Shown piece after piece: positions 31,778 through 41,088 of a stretch of 64,000 nt of DNA; the stretch's first letter is position 1; the number at the start of each line of letters is the position of its first letter. The stretch lies in assembly GCA_965261595.1 (NCBI GenBank), contig CBDHDG010000005.1:864001-928000 (forward strand), given 5' to 3'. Below the pieces are notes generated by a model, which saw only the letters and a list, made by a program, of their open reading frames with translations, was not told the DNA's origin and made no database searches. This DNA comes from a bacterium (GTDB taxonomy: Bacteria; UBA8248; JACPRG01; G963555815). Position numbers and translations under genes: made by a program.

Positions 31778-32542
31778 ATGGTCAGACTTGTCGATCTGAG
31801 TCATCCTTGGGGGGCGGACACGCCGACTTTCCCGGGTCAGGACCCGCCGGTGATCCGCCCGGTCAACGTCATCGGGGTTTCCGGAAACCAAACCTTTATG
31901 CAGCGGTACGACACGACCATGCACGTCGGGACGCATTTCGACGCGCAGAACCACGCCATCGAAGGCGGTGCGGACCTCGCTTCGGTCCCGCTGGACACCC
32001 TGTACGGCGGGGGCGTGATTGTGGACATCAGCGATGGCGTGGATGAATGGGACATCATCCGCCCGGATCACCTCACGAGCCGCGCGGATATCCGGCCGGA
32101 CGACATCGTCATCATTCACACCGGCTGGCACGACCACTTCTTCTATGGCAATCAGCCCGACCCGGAGAAGTACCTCTTCCGGGCGCCCGGGGGCGGCATC
32201 GAGCTGGCCGAATGGATTGTCGAGACGCGCCTGAAGTGGATCGGCGTTGATCTCGGATCGCCCGATCACCCGATGAACAATGCGGCGATACGACGGACGC
32301 GGCCCGATTTGGTCGAGGCGTTCGAGAAAAAGGCCGGCCGGCCGGTGGATGAGGTCTTTCCGCCCGGGCGCCGGTTCTGCATGCACCGGGTTCCCTTCGC
32401 CAGCAACATCACGCATGTCGAGAACGTCGGGGGAGACATCGATCAGGTCCTGGGCCGGCGGTGCGACATCGGCGTCTTTCCGTGGAAGCTCGTCGGCGGG
32501 GACGGCTGTATCAGCCGGGTGGTGGCCTTTCTGGACGATTGA
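31778..32542 (+). CDS. Cyclase family (kynurenine formamidase-like) metal-dependent hydrolase
   Basis: DLSHP, HVGTHFDA, IHTGW and HVEN motifs; RBS GGAGGAGG. Confidence 0.92.
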   Translation: MVRLVDLSHPWGADTPTFPGQDPPVIRPVNVIGVSGNQTFMQRYDTTMHVGTHFDAQNHAIEGGADLASVPLDTLYGGGVIVDISDGVDEWDIIRPDHLTSRADIRPDDIVIIHTGWHDHFFYGNQPDPEKYLFRAPGGGIELAEWIVETRLKWIGVDLGSPDHPMNNAAIRRTRPDLVEAFEKKAGRPVDEVFPPGRRFCMHRVPFASNITHVENVGGDIDQVLGRRCDIGVFPWKLVGGDGCISRVVAFLDD

Positions 32543-32625
32543 AGCGGGATTCAGAGCCGTCTTGAGCCCCTCTCTCTTGAGACCACGCGGCGGTTGTTCA
32601 CCTGAACGGTTGGGAGCGGGCGAAG

Positions 32626-33957
32626 ATGGAGAATCGGTCAATCCCCCCCCCTTTTTCCGCCATCGCCGACGGCGCGAACCGGCGGCGCGATGAGATCATC
32701 CGGACCCGGCGGGATTTTCATCGTAACCCCGAGCGGGGCTGGATGGAGGTTCGGACCGCTTCTCTTCTGGCCACCCGGCTGGAGGCCCTGGGCTGGGACG
32801 TCCGGGTCGGGGCGGACGTGATCGACCCGGCGGCCCGAATGGGGCTTCCCCCCGAGGAGGAGATGGAGGCCGCCTTCCGCCGCGCCCTCGATGGAGGGGC
32901 CGAAGAGACGATGGCCGCCCGGATGAAGGGCGGCTTCACGGGCGTTGTCGGCGTTTTGGAAGGAAGGGGAGTCGGCCCCACCGTCGCCCTGCGGTTCGAC
33001 ATCGACGCCAACGCCGGCGAGGAGGCCCGGGATGAGCGGCACCGCCCGGCGCGGGAAGGGTTCGCCTCGGCCGAGCCGGGGACGATGCACAACTGCGGCC
33101 ATGACGGCCACGCCGCCATCGGCCTTGGTGTCGCCTCTCTGCTCGGGGAAATCCGCGACGCTTGGACGGGCCGGGTGAAAGTCATCTTTCAGCCGGCCGA
33201 GGAAGGCGCGCGCGGCGCTCTCGCCATGGTCGAGGCCGGGGTCCTGGACGACGCCGACTACTTCATTGTCCCCCACGTGGGGGTCCGTGTGACGCGGACG
33301 GGGAAGATCGTCTGCGGCGCCGGAGGGTTTCAGGCCACGACCAAGCTCGACGCCGTGTTCACCGGCAAGAACGCCCACGCCGGTCTCGAGCCCGAGGCGG
33401 GGAGGAACGCGCTGGCGGCGGCGGCCACCGCTTTCCTCCAGCTCCAGGCCATCTCCCGCCACAGCGGCGGGGTCACGCGGGTCAACGTGGGGGCGCTGGA
33501 AGGCGGCACGGCGCGGAACATCATCCCGGACCGGGCCGTGTTAAAGCTGGAGACGCGCGGGGAGACCTCCGACCTGGATGCCTATATGCGGGATCGCGCC
33601 CACGAGGTTCTCAAGGCCTCCGCCCTCATGCACGGCGTGGAAGTGGAAATCCTGAAGGTCGGCCGGACTATCTCGGCGCAAAGCGATCCGGAGCTGGCGG
33701 GGGTGATTTCGGAAATCGCCTCGGATCTGCCCGACTTCGATGAGGTCGTTCTCGAGGAGGATTACGGGGCGGGGGACGACGCGGCGCTCATGATGGAGCG
33801 GGTCCAGCGGCGGGGCGGGAAGTCGGCCTACCTGGTCCTCGGCACGGAGCTCCCCGGAGGCCACCACACGCCGCGCTTCGATTTCAACGAGGAGGTCCTC
33901 GTGTCCGGCGTCAAGCTCTTCGCGGCGCTGGTCTGCCGGCTGAGCGACGGCGCTTGA
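32626..33957 (+). CDS. M20D amidohydrolase (p-aminobenzoyl-glutamate hydrolase AbgA-like)
   Basis: [32 protein letters not shown] and HHTPRFD motifs. Confidence 0.9.
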   Translation: MENRSIPPPFSAIADGANRRRDEIIRTRRDFHRNPERGWMEVRTASLLATRLEALGWDVRVGADVIDPAARMGLPPEEEMEAAFRRALDGGAEETMAARMKGGFTGVVGVLEGRGVGPTVALRFDIDANAGEEARDERHRPAREGFASAEPGTMHNCGHDGHAAIGLGVASLLGEIRDAWTGRVKVIFQPAEEGARGALAMVEAGVLDDADYFIVPHVGVRVTRTGKIVCGAGGFQATTKLDAVFTGKNAHAGLEPEAGRNALAAAATAFLQLQAISRHSGGVTRVNVGALEGGTARNIIPDRAVLKLETRGETSDLDAYMRDRAHEVLKASALMHGVEVEILKVGRTISAQSDPELAGVISEIASDLPDFDEVVLEEDYGAGDDAALMMERVQRRGGKSAYLVLGTELPGGHHTPRFDFNEEVLVSGVKLFAALVCRLSDGA

Positions 33958-33973
33958 ATTGGAGGGGGGGCCA

Positions 33974-34523
33974 ATGGTGGAAATCACTGCGGTGCGGGGA
34001 GACATCACGCGTGAGAGCGTGGACGCCATCGTCAACGCCGCGAACACGAAGCTTCTGGGCGGGGGCGGCGTGGACGGGGCCATCCACCGGGCGGCGGGGC
34101 CGGACCTGTTGGCCGAGTGCCGAACCTTGGGGGGGGGGGTCCCAACCCCTGGGGGGTTCCCAACCCTTGGAGGGCTGCCCCACGGGCGAGGCCCGGATCA
34201 CGAAGGGCTACAAGCTGGCCGCGAAGCACGTCATCCATGCGGTGGGTCCGGTCTATCGGGACGGCGGACACGGCGAGGCGGAGAAACTGCGGGGTTGCTA
34301 CGTCCACGCCATGACGCTGGCGGCGGAGAACGGCGTCCGATCCATCGCCTTTCCCTCGATCAGCACCGGGGTTTACCGGTATCCCATCGATCAGGCCGCG
34401 AAGATCGCCGTCGAGACGGTGAGGGCCTGCCTGGAGAAACCGACCTCGGTCGAGGTTGTGCGGTTCGTGTGCTTCAGCGAAGAGGACCTGGCGGTTTATC
34501 GGAGGTCCTTGGAGCCCGGTTGA
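33974..34523 (+). pseudogene. Macro-domain O-acetyl-ADP-ribose deacetylase (YmdB-like), frameshifted at a G11 tract
   Basis: GDIT...NAAN...[13 protein letters not shown] in one frame; GEARIT...HAVGP...FPSISTGVY in the next. Confidence 0.88.
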
Positions 34524-34542
34524 TTCCCGATGATCTGACATT

Positions 34543-34596
34543 TGGATGACCCGTCATCTGGATGACCCGTCATTGGATGACCTGTCCGGGTCATCA
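34543..34596. repeat. Tandem palindromic units TGGATGACCCGTCAT (two full, one variant)
   Basis: Units at 34543, 34559 and 34574, between two convergent stops. Confidence 0.75.
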
Positions 34597-35184
34597 CACA
34601 TCAAGAAAAACCGTTTCCTCATCGCCCTGCATGTGGATATCGAATCGGTAGACAACGCCGCCCGGCGTCTCCTCGCGCTCCGCGATGAGCGTACCGCGGC
34701 GATCTTCGGGAACGGTTTGAAGAACCGGATCCTTCCCGTTCGCCTCGGCCTCGTCTGAAAAGTAGATGCGGGTGAACGTATGCACAAGCATCCCCCGCAT
34801 CAACACGATGACGTTGACGTGCGGGGCCTGGTCGCCATCAACGGGTCCGGGTTTTATGGTGTCAAAGAAATATCGGTTCTCCGGGTCGGTTCCGGTGCCC
34901 ATGCGGCCAAAGCCGTGAATGTCCGCGCCGGAACCGCGGGGGTCGTCCGGATGGGCGTATCGGCCTTGGGAATCCGCTTGCCAAATCTCGATGATGGCGT
35001 CCGGAATCGGATTGCCTTCCCCGTCGAAAACCCGGCCCTCTATACGGATGTGTTCGCCGTCGGTGGTTGGTTCCACCAACGTGGATTGGACCGTGTTCTG
35101 AAAAGGGTAGCCGTACTGTTCGGGCGTCAGGCCGTACGCAAAAAAGGGTCCGACCGTTTGCGACGGCGTTTGCTTGAGGCTCAT
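34594..35184 (-). CDS. pcaG: Protocatechuate 3,4-dioxygenase alpha subunit
   Basis: QTPSQTVGPFF, IEIWQAD, TIKPG, QAPH and ETVFLDV motifs. Confidence 0.95.
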   Translation of the reverse strand: MSLKQTPSQTVGPFFAYGLTPEQYGYPFQNTVQSTLVEPTTDGEHIRIEGRVFDGEGNPIPDAIIEIWQADSQGRYAHPDDPRGSGADIHGFGRMGTGTDPENRYFFDTIKPGPVDGDQAPHVNVIVLMRGMLVHTFTRIYFSDEAEANGKDPVLQTVPEDRRGTLIAEREETPGGVVYRFDIHMQGDEETVFLDV

Positions 35185-35187
35185 GGG

Positions 35188-35883
35188 TCAGCTCTCCATT
35201 GGCGTGGCGTTTCGTCCCCGGAGGATGAAATCGAACTCGTAGCCGAGGGCGAACTCCGGCTCGGTGATGTCGATTGAGAATTTACAGACGAGCCGTTCGC
35301 GGGCTTCTTTGGGCGCGCTCTGAACCATCGGGTCGATGTCAATCAGCGGGTCCCCGGGGAAGTACATTTGCGTCACGAGCCTTGTCACGAACGCGCGGCC
35401 GAAGAGCGAAAAGTGGATGTGATTCGGCCGCCAGGCGTTGTGATGGTTCCGCCAGGGATAGGCGCCCGGCTTGATCGAATAAAACTTGTAGCGGCCTTCG
35501 CTGTCCGTCGCGCAGCGCCCCGCCCCCAAAAAGTTGGGATCCAGAGGGGCGGGGTGTTGATCGACCCCGTGGATGTATCGGCCCGCCGCGTTCGCCTGCC
35601 ATATCTCGATCAGCGTGTCCGGAACCGGTCTGCCGTCCTCATCCAGGACCCGGCCGGTCACGATGATCCGCTCGCCCATCGGCTCGCCGTTTTTCACGGC
35701 GTTTTTGGTTAGATCGTTGTCGAGCGGACCGACGGAATCATGGCCGTACACCGGGCCTGTGAGCTCCGACAGGGTGTGTTGGGTGGGAATCAACGGTTTC
35801 TTGGGTCCGCGCAGGGCATTGGACTGATAGTCGGGATAAAGAAGAGGCGGGTGGCTGTCCCAATCCATCGGTTTGTATTTCAT
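35188..35883 (-). CDS. pcaH: Protocatechuate 3,4-dioxygenase beta subunit
   Basis: DNDLTKN, EIWQANAAGRY, GAYPWRNHHNAWRPNHIHFS (Tyr/His iron ligands). Confidence 0.96.
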   Translation of the reverse strand: MKYKPMDWDSHPPLLYPDYQSNALRGPKKPLIPTQHTLSELTGPVYGHDSVGPLDNDLTKNAVKNGEPMGERIIVTGRVLDEDGRPVPDTLIEIWQANAAGRYIHGVDQHPAPLDPNFLGAGRCATDSEGRYKFYSIKPGAYPWRNHHNAWRPNHIHFSLFGRAFVTRLVTQMYFPGDPLIDIDPMVQSAPKEARERLVCKFSIDITEPEFALGYEFDFILRGRNATPMES

Positions 35884-36135
35884 CGCTTTCGGTCCTCCTG
35901 GGAAATCATCCGTGGGTAGGGGCTTTCGGCGGTGGTGAACGATTCAGGCGTCCTTGGAGCGGCCGAATCCATCGGGATCTGAAAGGGCATCGCGCTCGCG
36001 TCCCCGGCGTCGGATTGGGTCGGGATCGGGCAGGCCGGCATTCTAACATATCGCGGATTTCCCGCATGTATTGGGAAGTCGGCATACGGGCGACGCGCAA
36101 GCACCCTCTCTGTCCCCCGCGATCAGACGCGGGGG

Positions 36136-36864
36136 CTACAACGTCCGGAAGCGCCGGTCCATCGCGCGCTTCCATTTGGTCCCGTGCCGGTCGTCGAACA
36201 GGATGTCTTCGTCCCCCGGCGCCGTGAACCAGTCGCCCCGCCGCATCTCGGCATCGAGCTGGCCGGGGCCCCAACCGGCATAGCCGGCGGCGAACAGGGT
36301 CCGGCGCGGGCCTTGGCAGAGGGCGATGGCCCGCAGGGCCACGGGGTTCGAGGTGACGGCGATGTCCGCGTTCACCGGGACGGCGCTCGGGAGCTTCTTC
36401 TCGGTCGAGTGCACCAGGAATCCGCGCTCCGGCTGAACCGGCCCCCCGTAATGGACGGCAATCTCGCCCGCCGTCTTGGGGGCGTCGAGGCCGAGGCGCT
36501 TGAGGAGGTCGGCCAGTTTCACCCTGCCGAGGACGCGGTTGACCACCAGGCCGAAAGCGCCCGCGTCATCGTGCCGGATGACCAGGATGACGGTTCGATG
36601 GAAGTTCGGGTCCCGCAGGCCCGGTGAAGCGACGAGGAGATTTCCCGGCCGCAATCGGGTCGGCGTCCCCCGAGGGCTCGCCGGACCGGGCAAGACCCTC
36701 GCTTCAAGCGGCATCCCCGTTAGAAAGAGAGCGGCCGCAAGGGCGACGGCCGTTCGGATGAGGGATCCGGGGCCGACGGTTTCGCGCTCCCGGCGCCCGT
36801 ATTTCGAATGAGGCGCGGATCGCCGGACGACGAACCGATCCATGGGGTGTTTGGCGCGCTTCAC
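36136..36864 (-). CDS. YqgE/AlgH (DUF179) family protein
   Basis: LLVASPGLRDPNFHRTV, GGPV and GYAGWGPGQLDAE motifs; start uncertain. Confidence 0.85.
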   Translation of the reverse strand: MKRAKHPMDRFVVRRSAPHSKYGRRERETVGPGSLIRTAVALAAALFLTGMPLEARVLPGPASPRGTPTRLRPGNLLVASPGLRDPNFHRTVILVIRHDDAGAFGLVVNRVLGRVKLADLLKRLGLDAPKTAGEIAVHYGGPVQPERGFLVHSTEKKLPSAVPVNADIAVTSNPVALRAIALCQGPRRTLFAAGYAGWGPGQLDAEMRRGDWFTAPGDEDILFDDRHGTKWKRAMDRRFRTL

Positions 36865-36935
36865 CCTGATTTCTCCCGCCCGGTGGAGCCCCGGAGTGGA
36901 CCGGGGTCATCGAAACGTCTTCTCCATCCCGATGC

Positions 36936-38231
36936 TCACGTCTTCGGCAGGTGGTTGCTGACCTCGATCGCGGCGGCGCAGTACATCTTGGCCGCGTCCA
37001 TGAGGTCCGAGATTTTCTGGACCTCGCCGGTGCCGGGCTTGAGATTGGGGTCGTCCGGCGCGGGTCCGCACTTGATGGACGGAATCCCCATCTCCACCAG
37101 AATGGTGAGATCGGCGTACGTGCTGGTGAGCTGGGACTGGATGGGCTTGACGGGTTTTCCGCGGGCGGCCTCCTGGGCCTCGCGCATGATATCGACCAGC
37201 ACGTCCGCGTTCTTCGACTCGTAGCCGTGAACCGAGAGGTACAGCTCGGCATCGGCCTCGACGCCGCTTTCTGAGATGACGGCTTCCACCTCGCGCAGGA
37301 CATCGATGGGCCGGAGGCCCGGCGGCGTGAAGGCTTCAAGGTACATCGTGCACACGGCGGGCGAGAAATTGGGCTTGAAGGGCGCCCCGCCCTGAATGGC
37401 GCCGATGTTGACCTTGGGAACGACTGTCCCGTACTTGAACTTGTATTCGTGCTCTTTCTGGTACCGGCGCGCCCAGGCCTCTATGGGGGCGATCAGGTTG
37501 CCCATCTTGACGACGGCGTTTGTGCTCTGGGTCAGGTCTTCGGGATGTTCGACGAAGGGCGCGTACATTGGCTCGCCCGTGCACATGACTTTGACGAACG
37601 TGGCCCCCGCCTGCGTCGTCGTGATCCCGAAGCGGGAGGGTTCGGCGACGATGGCGTAATCGGCCACAACGCCGTGGGTCAGCATGTAGCGCATCCCGAT
37701 CCCCTTGCCGCGGTGGGCGCCCCCCTGGTACTGGTCCACGGGGGCGCGGCCGATCTCGCTGCACACCCCCGTCAGGAGGATATCCCCCGCCAGCTTCACC
37801 CCGGCCTTTTTGAGGGCGTGGGCCGCGATGAGGACGGAGGCGAAGGGGCCTTTGTCGTTGAAGATGCCGCTTCCGAAGATGAGGCCGCCCTTGCGCCGGG
37901 CTTCGGATTTCCACTCGGGGCGGAGCGGGCCGGCGAACATGGCGTCCGTCGGATCGCCCGACAGGGCCGTGTCCAGGTGGCAGTTGAACATGAGGATGGG
38001 CCCGTCGCCGGATCCCTTGAGCCGGCCGACTACGTTGCCCCGGCCGGGCTCCACCTCCTGGTAAAAGGCGGGGATGTTCCGCTCGTTGAGCCAGTCGACG
38101 CAGAGCCGGGCGACTTCCTCTTCCTTACCCGTCGGGCTGTGCGAGTCGACCAGAGCCATCGCCAGGGCGACCAGCTCTTTTTCGTTCACCTTCGACCAGA
38201 CTTTTTCGAGTGTCTTCCTGTTGGTTTTCAT
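36936..38231 (-). CDS. M20/ArgE/DapE-like metallohydrolase
   Basis: SPTGKE, NCHLDT, GSGIFNDKG and VAEPS motifs. Confidence 0.87.
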   Translation of the reverse strand: MKTNRKTLEKVWSKVNEKELVALAMALVDSHSPTGKEEEVARLCVDWLNERNIPAFYQEVEPGRGNVVGRLKGSGDGPILMFNCHLDTALSGDPTDAMFAGPLRPEWKSEARRKGGLIFGSGIFNDKGPFASVLIAAHALKKAGVKLAGDILLTGVCSEIGRAPVDQYQGGAHRGKGIGMRYMLTHGVVADYAIVAEPSRFGITTTQAGATFVKVMCTGEPMYAPFVEHPEDLTQSTNAVVKMGNLIAPIEAWARRYQKEHEYKFKYGTVVPKVNIGAIQGGAPFKPNFSPAVCTMYLEAFTPPGLRPIDVLREVEAVISESGVEADAELYLSVHGYESKNADVLVDIMREAQEAARGKPVKPIQSQLTSTYADLTILVEMGIPSIKCGPAPDDPNLKPGTGEVQKISDLMDAAKMYCAAAIEVSNHLPKT

Positions 38232-38375
38232 CGAGTCTCCCGGAAAGGTGATGAGCGATTCATGGGTGAGATGAGCTCGCGAAACACGGGGGCGGCTATT
38301 CCCATTCGCGAGAAGCCGCTTGGGGTCTTATTCCCGTTGGACGCCGTTTGGAAGTCGATTTACGCTTCGACCCCC

Positions 38376-38460
38376 ATTAAAATATAGAATTAATACGTAT
38401 TAATACAAATAGTTACAATATATTTATTAATGTAAATTATCTTTATTTGATTTTTGGTTT
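38376..38460. promoter_or_regulatory. AT-rich intergenic patch with perfect 16-bp palindrome (candidate promoter/operator)
   Basis: ATTAATACGTATTAAT at 38389-38404, upstream of the M20 gene. Confidence 0.45.
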
Positions 38461-39247
38461 ATCCCTCTTCGATGATCGCGACGGCCCGGACCCACCCGCC
38501 GCTGCCCTTCTCGATCCGGACGGGGAAGACCGCCACTTTGAACCCGAAGGGTTTGGGAATCCGATCCAGGTTGGCGAGCTTCTCCAGGTGGCAGTATTCC
38601 TTCTCCTGGCCGACCAGATGGGCGGGCCAATACGCCGCCGTGTTCCCGGCCTTGAGGTCTTTGATCATCTCGACGTTGGGCCGGTCGTAGCTCCAGGCGT
38701 CGATGCCCGTGATTTTGACTCCCCGATCAACGAGCCACAGCGTGCTCTCGCGCCCCATGCCCGGCTGGCGGAGGAGAAAGTCCGGCTGCTCGAAGTAACG
38801 GGTGGCGTCCGTCCGGATGAGAACGATGTCGAAGGGCTTGATCCGGTAGCCGATCTTCTCAACGGCCGCTTCCATATCTTCCGCGGTGATGAGCTCACTC
38901 GGCTTCTTGTGGGTCATGTCCAGGACGACGCCGTCGGAAAAGCACCATTCCAGGGGGATTTCATCGATGGTCTTCGACGGTTGACCGGCGACGGTCGGGC
39001 CGAAGTGCCAGGGGGCGTCCAGGTGGGTGCCGGAGTGGGAGTTCAGCGTCAGCTCGTCCGAGGCGGCCGCCATTCCGCCCGGCAGCCGGTCCGGGTCGAT
39101 GTCGTACATCTTGGCCACCCGGCGGGCGCCTTCCCGGTGGGCCCAGGAAAAGACGCGCGCCGCGTCGCGGTCCATCGAGAAGTTGTTGAGCGGCACGCTC
39201 AGGTCGATGCACCGGATTCCAGGTGGTCCCGTTTCCGAGGCGGTCAC
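38459..39247 (-). CDS. Cyclase family protein
   Basis: IDLSVPL, HSGTHLDAPWH, GIDAWSYD and HLEKLANL motifs. Confidence 0.92.
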   Translation of the reverse strand: MTASETGPPGIRCIDLSVPLNNFSMDRDAARVFSWAHREGARRVAKMYDIDPDRLPGGMAAASDELTLNSHSGTHLDAPWHFGPTVAGQPSKTIDEIPLEWCFSDGVVLDMTHKKPSELITAEDMEAAVEKIGYRIKPFDIVLIRTDATRYFEQPDFLLRQPGMGRESTLWLVDRGVKITGIDAWSYDRPNVEMIKDLKAGNTAAYWPAHLVGQEKEYCHLEKLANLDRIPKPFGFKVAVFPVRIEKGSGGWVRAVAIIEEG

Positions 39248-39531
39248 GGTGATCCCTCCGATTTCTTCCCCGTTTTCTTCAAAGATTCCGCAGGGTGTGC
39301 CGGAATTGGATTGGAAACGCCCAATTTTCGTCTATTTCCCCCCAAGAGCGCAACCCGCAAAAGGACTCAATGATCCCCGGTTTTGGCACTTGAAGAAACG
39401 AAGCCTTGAAGGATCAGTGTTGATTCCGCCCGCGCGGGAATGACAAGCGGGGCGGGCCGCGCGGGGACGGCCGGATTTTGGATTGGGCGGTAGAATAGGA
39501 ACACCCGGCCGCATCGTCCGGCTGGACGACC

Positions 39532-40419
39532 TCAAAGCCCCAGGACGGCCGCCGGATTGTCCACCATCATGATTCGCAATTCCTCCCGCGTCACGCCTTT
39601 CTCATAGAAACATTGAGCCAGGATGCCGAGGCAATCCGGGGGCGGGGGGTTGTGGCGCGGACCGGTGTCGGAAATCATGACGAAGCGCCGGGTGCCGATC
39701 TCCGCTATCGCGCGGCGCATCAATTCCAAAGACTGCCCCTCCCACGCCCAGAAAGGCGAAATGTTCCCGTATTCCAATTCAGCCAGCGCGCCCAGGGAGG
39801 TCAGCGTCTTGACCTGGTCAATGGACATCCGCGGGATCTTGTAAAAAGGGTGCTGGATGATGACGGAGGGAACGCCCCGTTCGAGCGCGGCGCGCACGAG
39901 CAGGTCAGAGTCCGCCGCGTTCAGGTGGCCGGTCGCGAGGGCGGCGCTTCCCTCATGGGCCAGGATGTCCAGAATGTCCTGACAGTCCCGCGTGAGCCGG
40001 CCTTCCTGAACGGCGAATACGGGTTCAACGTTCCGCGCCCCGCTTTGTTGGGTGTCGTAGCCGCCGGTGGCGCCGAAGACCGCGGCGTGCCCGTCGGCGT
40101 CGACCGTGGGCATCCAGACGGTTTTGGCGCCGAGACGGACGGCCGTTTCGACGGCCGCGGGGTTGACGCCGCCGGCGTGGCGGTTGAGGACAATGCCGCC
40201 GAAAACGTCGATATCCTCAAAGGGCTGTCCCGCGTCGTAGGCCCGGCCCACCGTGGATTCGAAATGGCACTTGAGCACCACGGCCCGCATCCCGCGCTCA
40301 CGGGCCCGCCGGATCAGTCCCCGGTCGTCCAGCAAGCGGGGAAACAGGTCCGGGTAGGGATGACAGTGCAGATCGATCGCGCCTTCGAGCGTGATGAGGT
40401 CCGGGATCATCTGTTTCAC
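39532..40419 (-). CDS. DUF6282-like metal-dependent hydrolase (TIM-barrel/PHP-like)
   Basis: GAIDLHCHPYPD, VVLKCH, VWMPT, ATGH and SDTG motifs. Confidence 0.78.
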   Translation of the reverse strand: MKQMIPDLITLEGAIDLHCHPYPDLFPRLLDDRGLIRRARERGMRAVVLKCHFESTVGRAYDAGQPFEDIDVFGGIVLNRHAGGVNPAAVETAVRLGAKTVWMPTVDADGHAAVFGATGGYDTQQSGARNVEPVFAVQEGRLTRDCQDILDILAHEGSAALATGHLNAADSDLLVRAALERGVPSVIIQHPFYKIPRMSIDQVKTLTSLGALAELEYGNISPFWAWEGQSLELMRRAIAEIGTRRFVMISDTGPRHNPPPPDCLGILAQCFYEKGVTREELRIMMVDNPAAVLGL

Positions 40420-40505
40420 GTTGATGCTCCCCGCCTGGGAGGCTCATCGCCTTTGAGTGGAGTTGTCGTAGCACAAAATGGAGCTTGACTCCAATTCGAC
40501 CTGAT

Positions 40506-40554
40506 CTGATAATTCAAGACCTGACCCCTTGCCTTTACTGACCCCTTGCCTTTA
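40506..40554 (+). repeat. Solo inverted-repeat end CTGATAATTCAAGACCTGACCCC overlapping a 2 x 17-bp tandem duplication
   Basis: 40506-40528 is the exact reverse complement of 46041-46063; CTGACCCCTTGCCTTTA occurs at 40521 and 40538. Confidence 0.8.
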
Positions 40555-40976
40555 TGTAGAGTTCCATCTTCTTCTGTAGGAAAGTCGCTGTTGTTGTCTG
40601 TGACGAAAATAACGTCTTCCCCATGTCTATGAACTGTATTAAGTTGAGATGACACGACCGCGAGGTCGATGTCCGACTCCTCTCCGAATGGTCGGTACCG
40701 CTGCTTCCGGACGATGCTGAACCCGAGCTTCGCCGAACCGACCATTAGGACCTCATTCGGATGTAGGGCAAACTCGGTCGCAACCCGAGCACGCAGCAGG
40801 TGATAGCGGTCATCATCGAGTAGAAAGCTGGGTCCGGTCGTAATGTGTCGTTGTACGAGCGGACCAATCTCCAACTCGAGAAGATCGGATCGGAACTTGG
40901 AGATTCGCTGCTGGCCATTCTCAGCGAGCAGATTGGGAAGGTTGTCCGTGGCGGCCTGGAAATCCGTCTCAGTCAT
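40555..40976 (-). pseudogene. Chimeric remnant: truncated Pol-beta-type nucleotidyltransferase fused to a PIN (DUF4935-like) C-terminal fragment
   Basis: VGSAKLGFS...SDIDLAVVS (GS + DxD), then an abrupt switch to lower-GC sequence encoding EDVIFVTDNNSDF. Confidence 0.6.
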
Positions 40977-41088
40977 TGAACACGTTGATGGTCAGTGGGC
41001 TCCGGAACCACCCAAACAGGATCTTGTTGCATGGATCATCTCGAAGAATGTCTTATCATTGGTCTTTTCAACGATTCGAGTAGTCTAA

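Noticed and set aside
38376..38460. oriC or dif site
   Set aside because: No DnaA boxes (TTATCCACA) or XerC/D consensus seen, and no replication genes nearby.
40416..40976. 186-aa ORF as an intact gene
   Set aside because: It is a chimera of an NTase half, a PIN fragment and read-through of repeat DNA.
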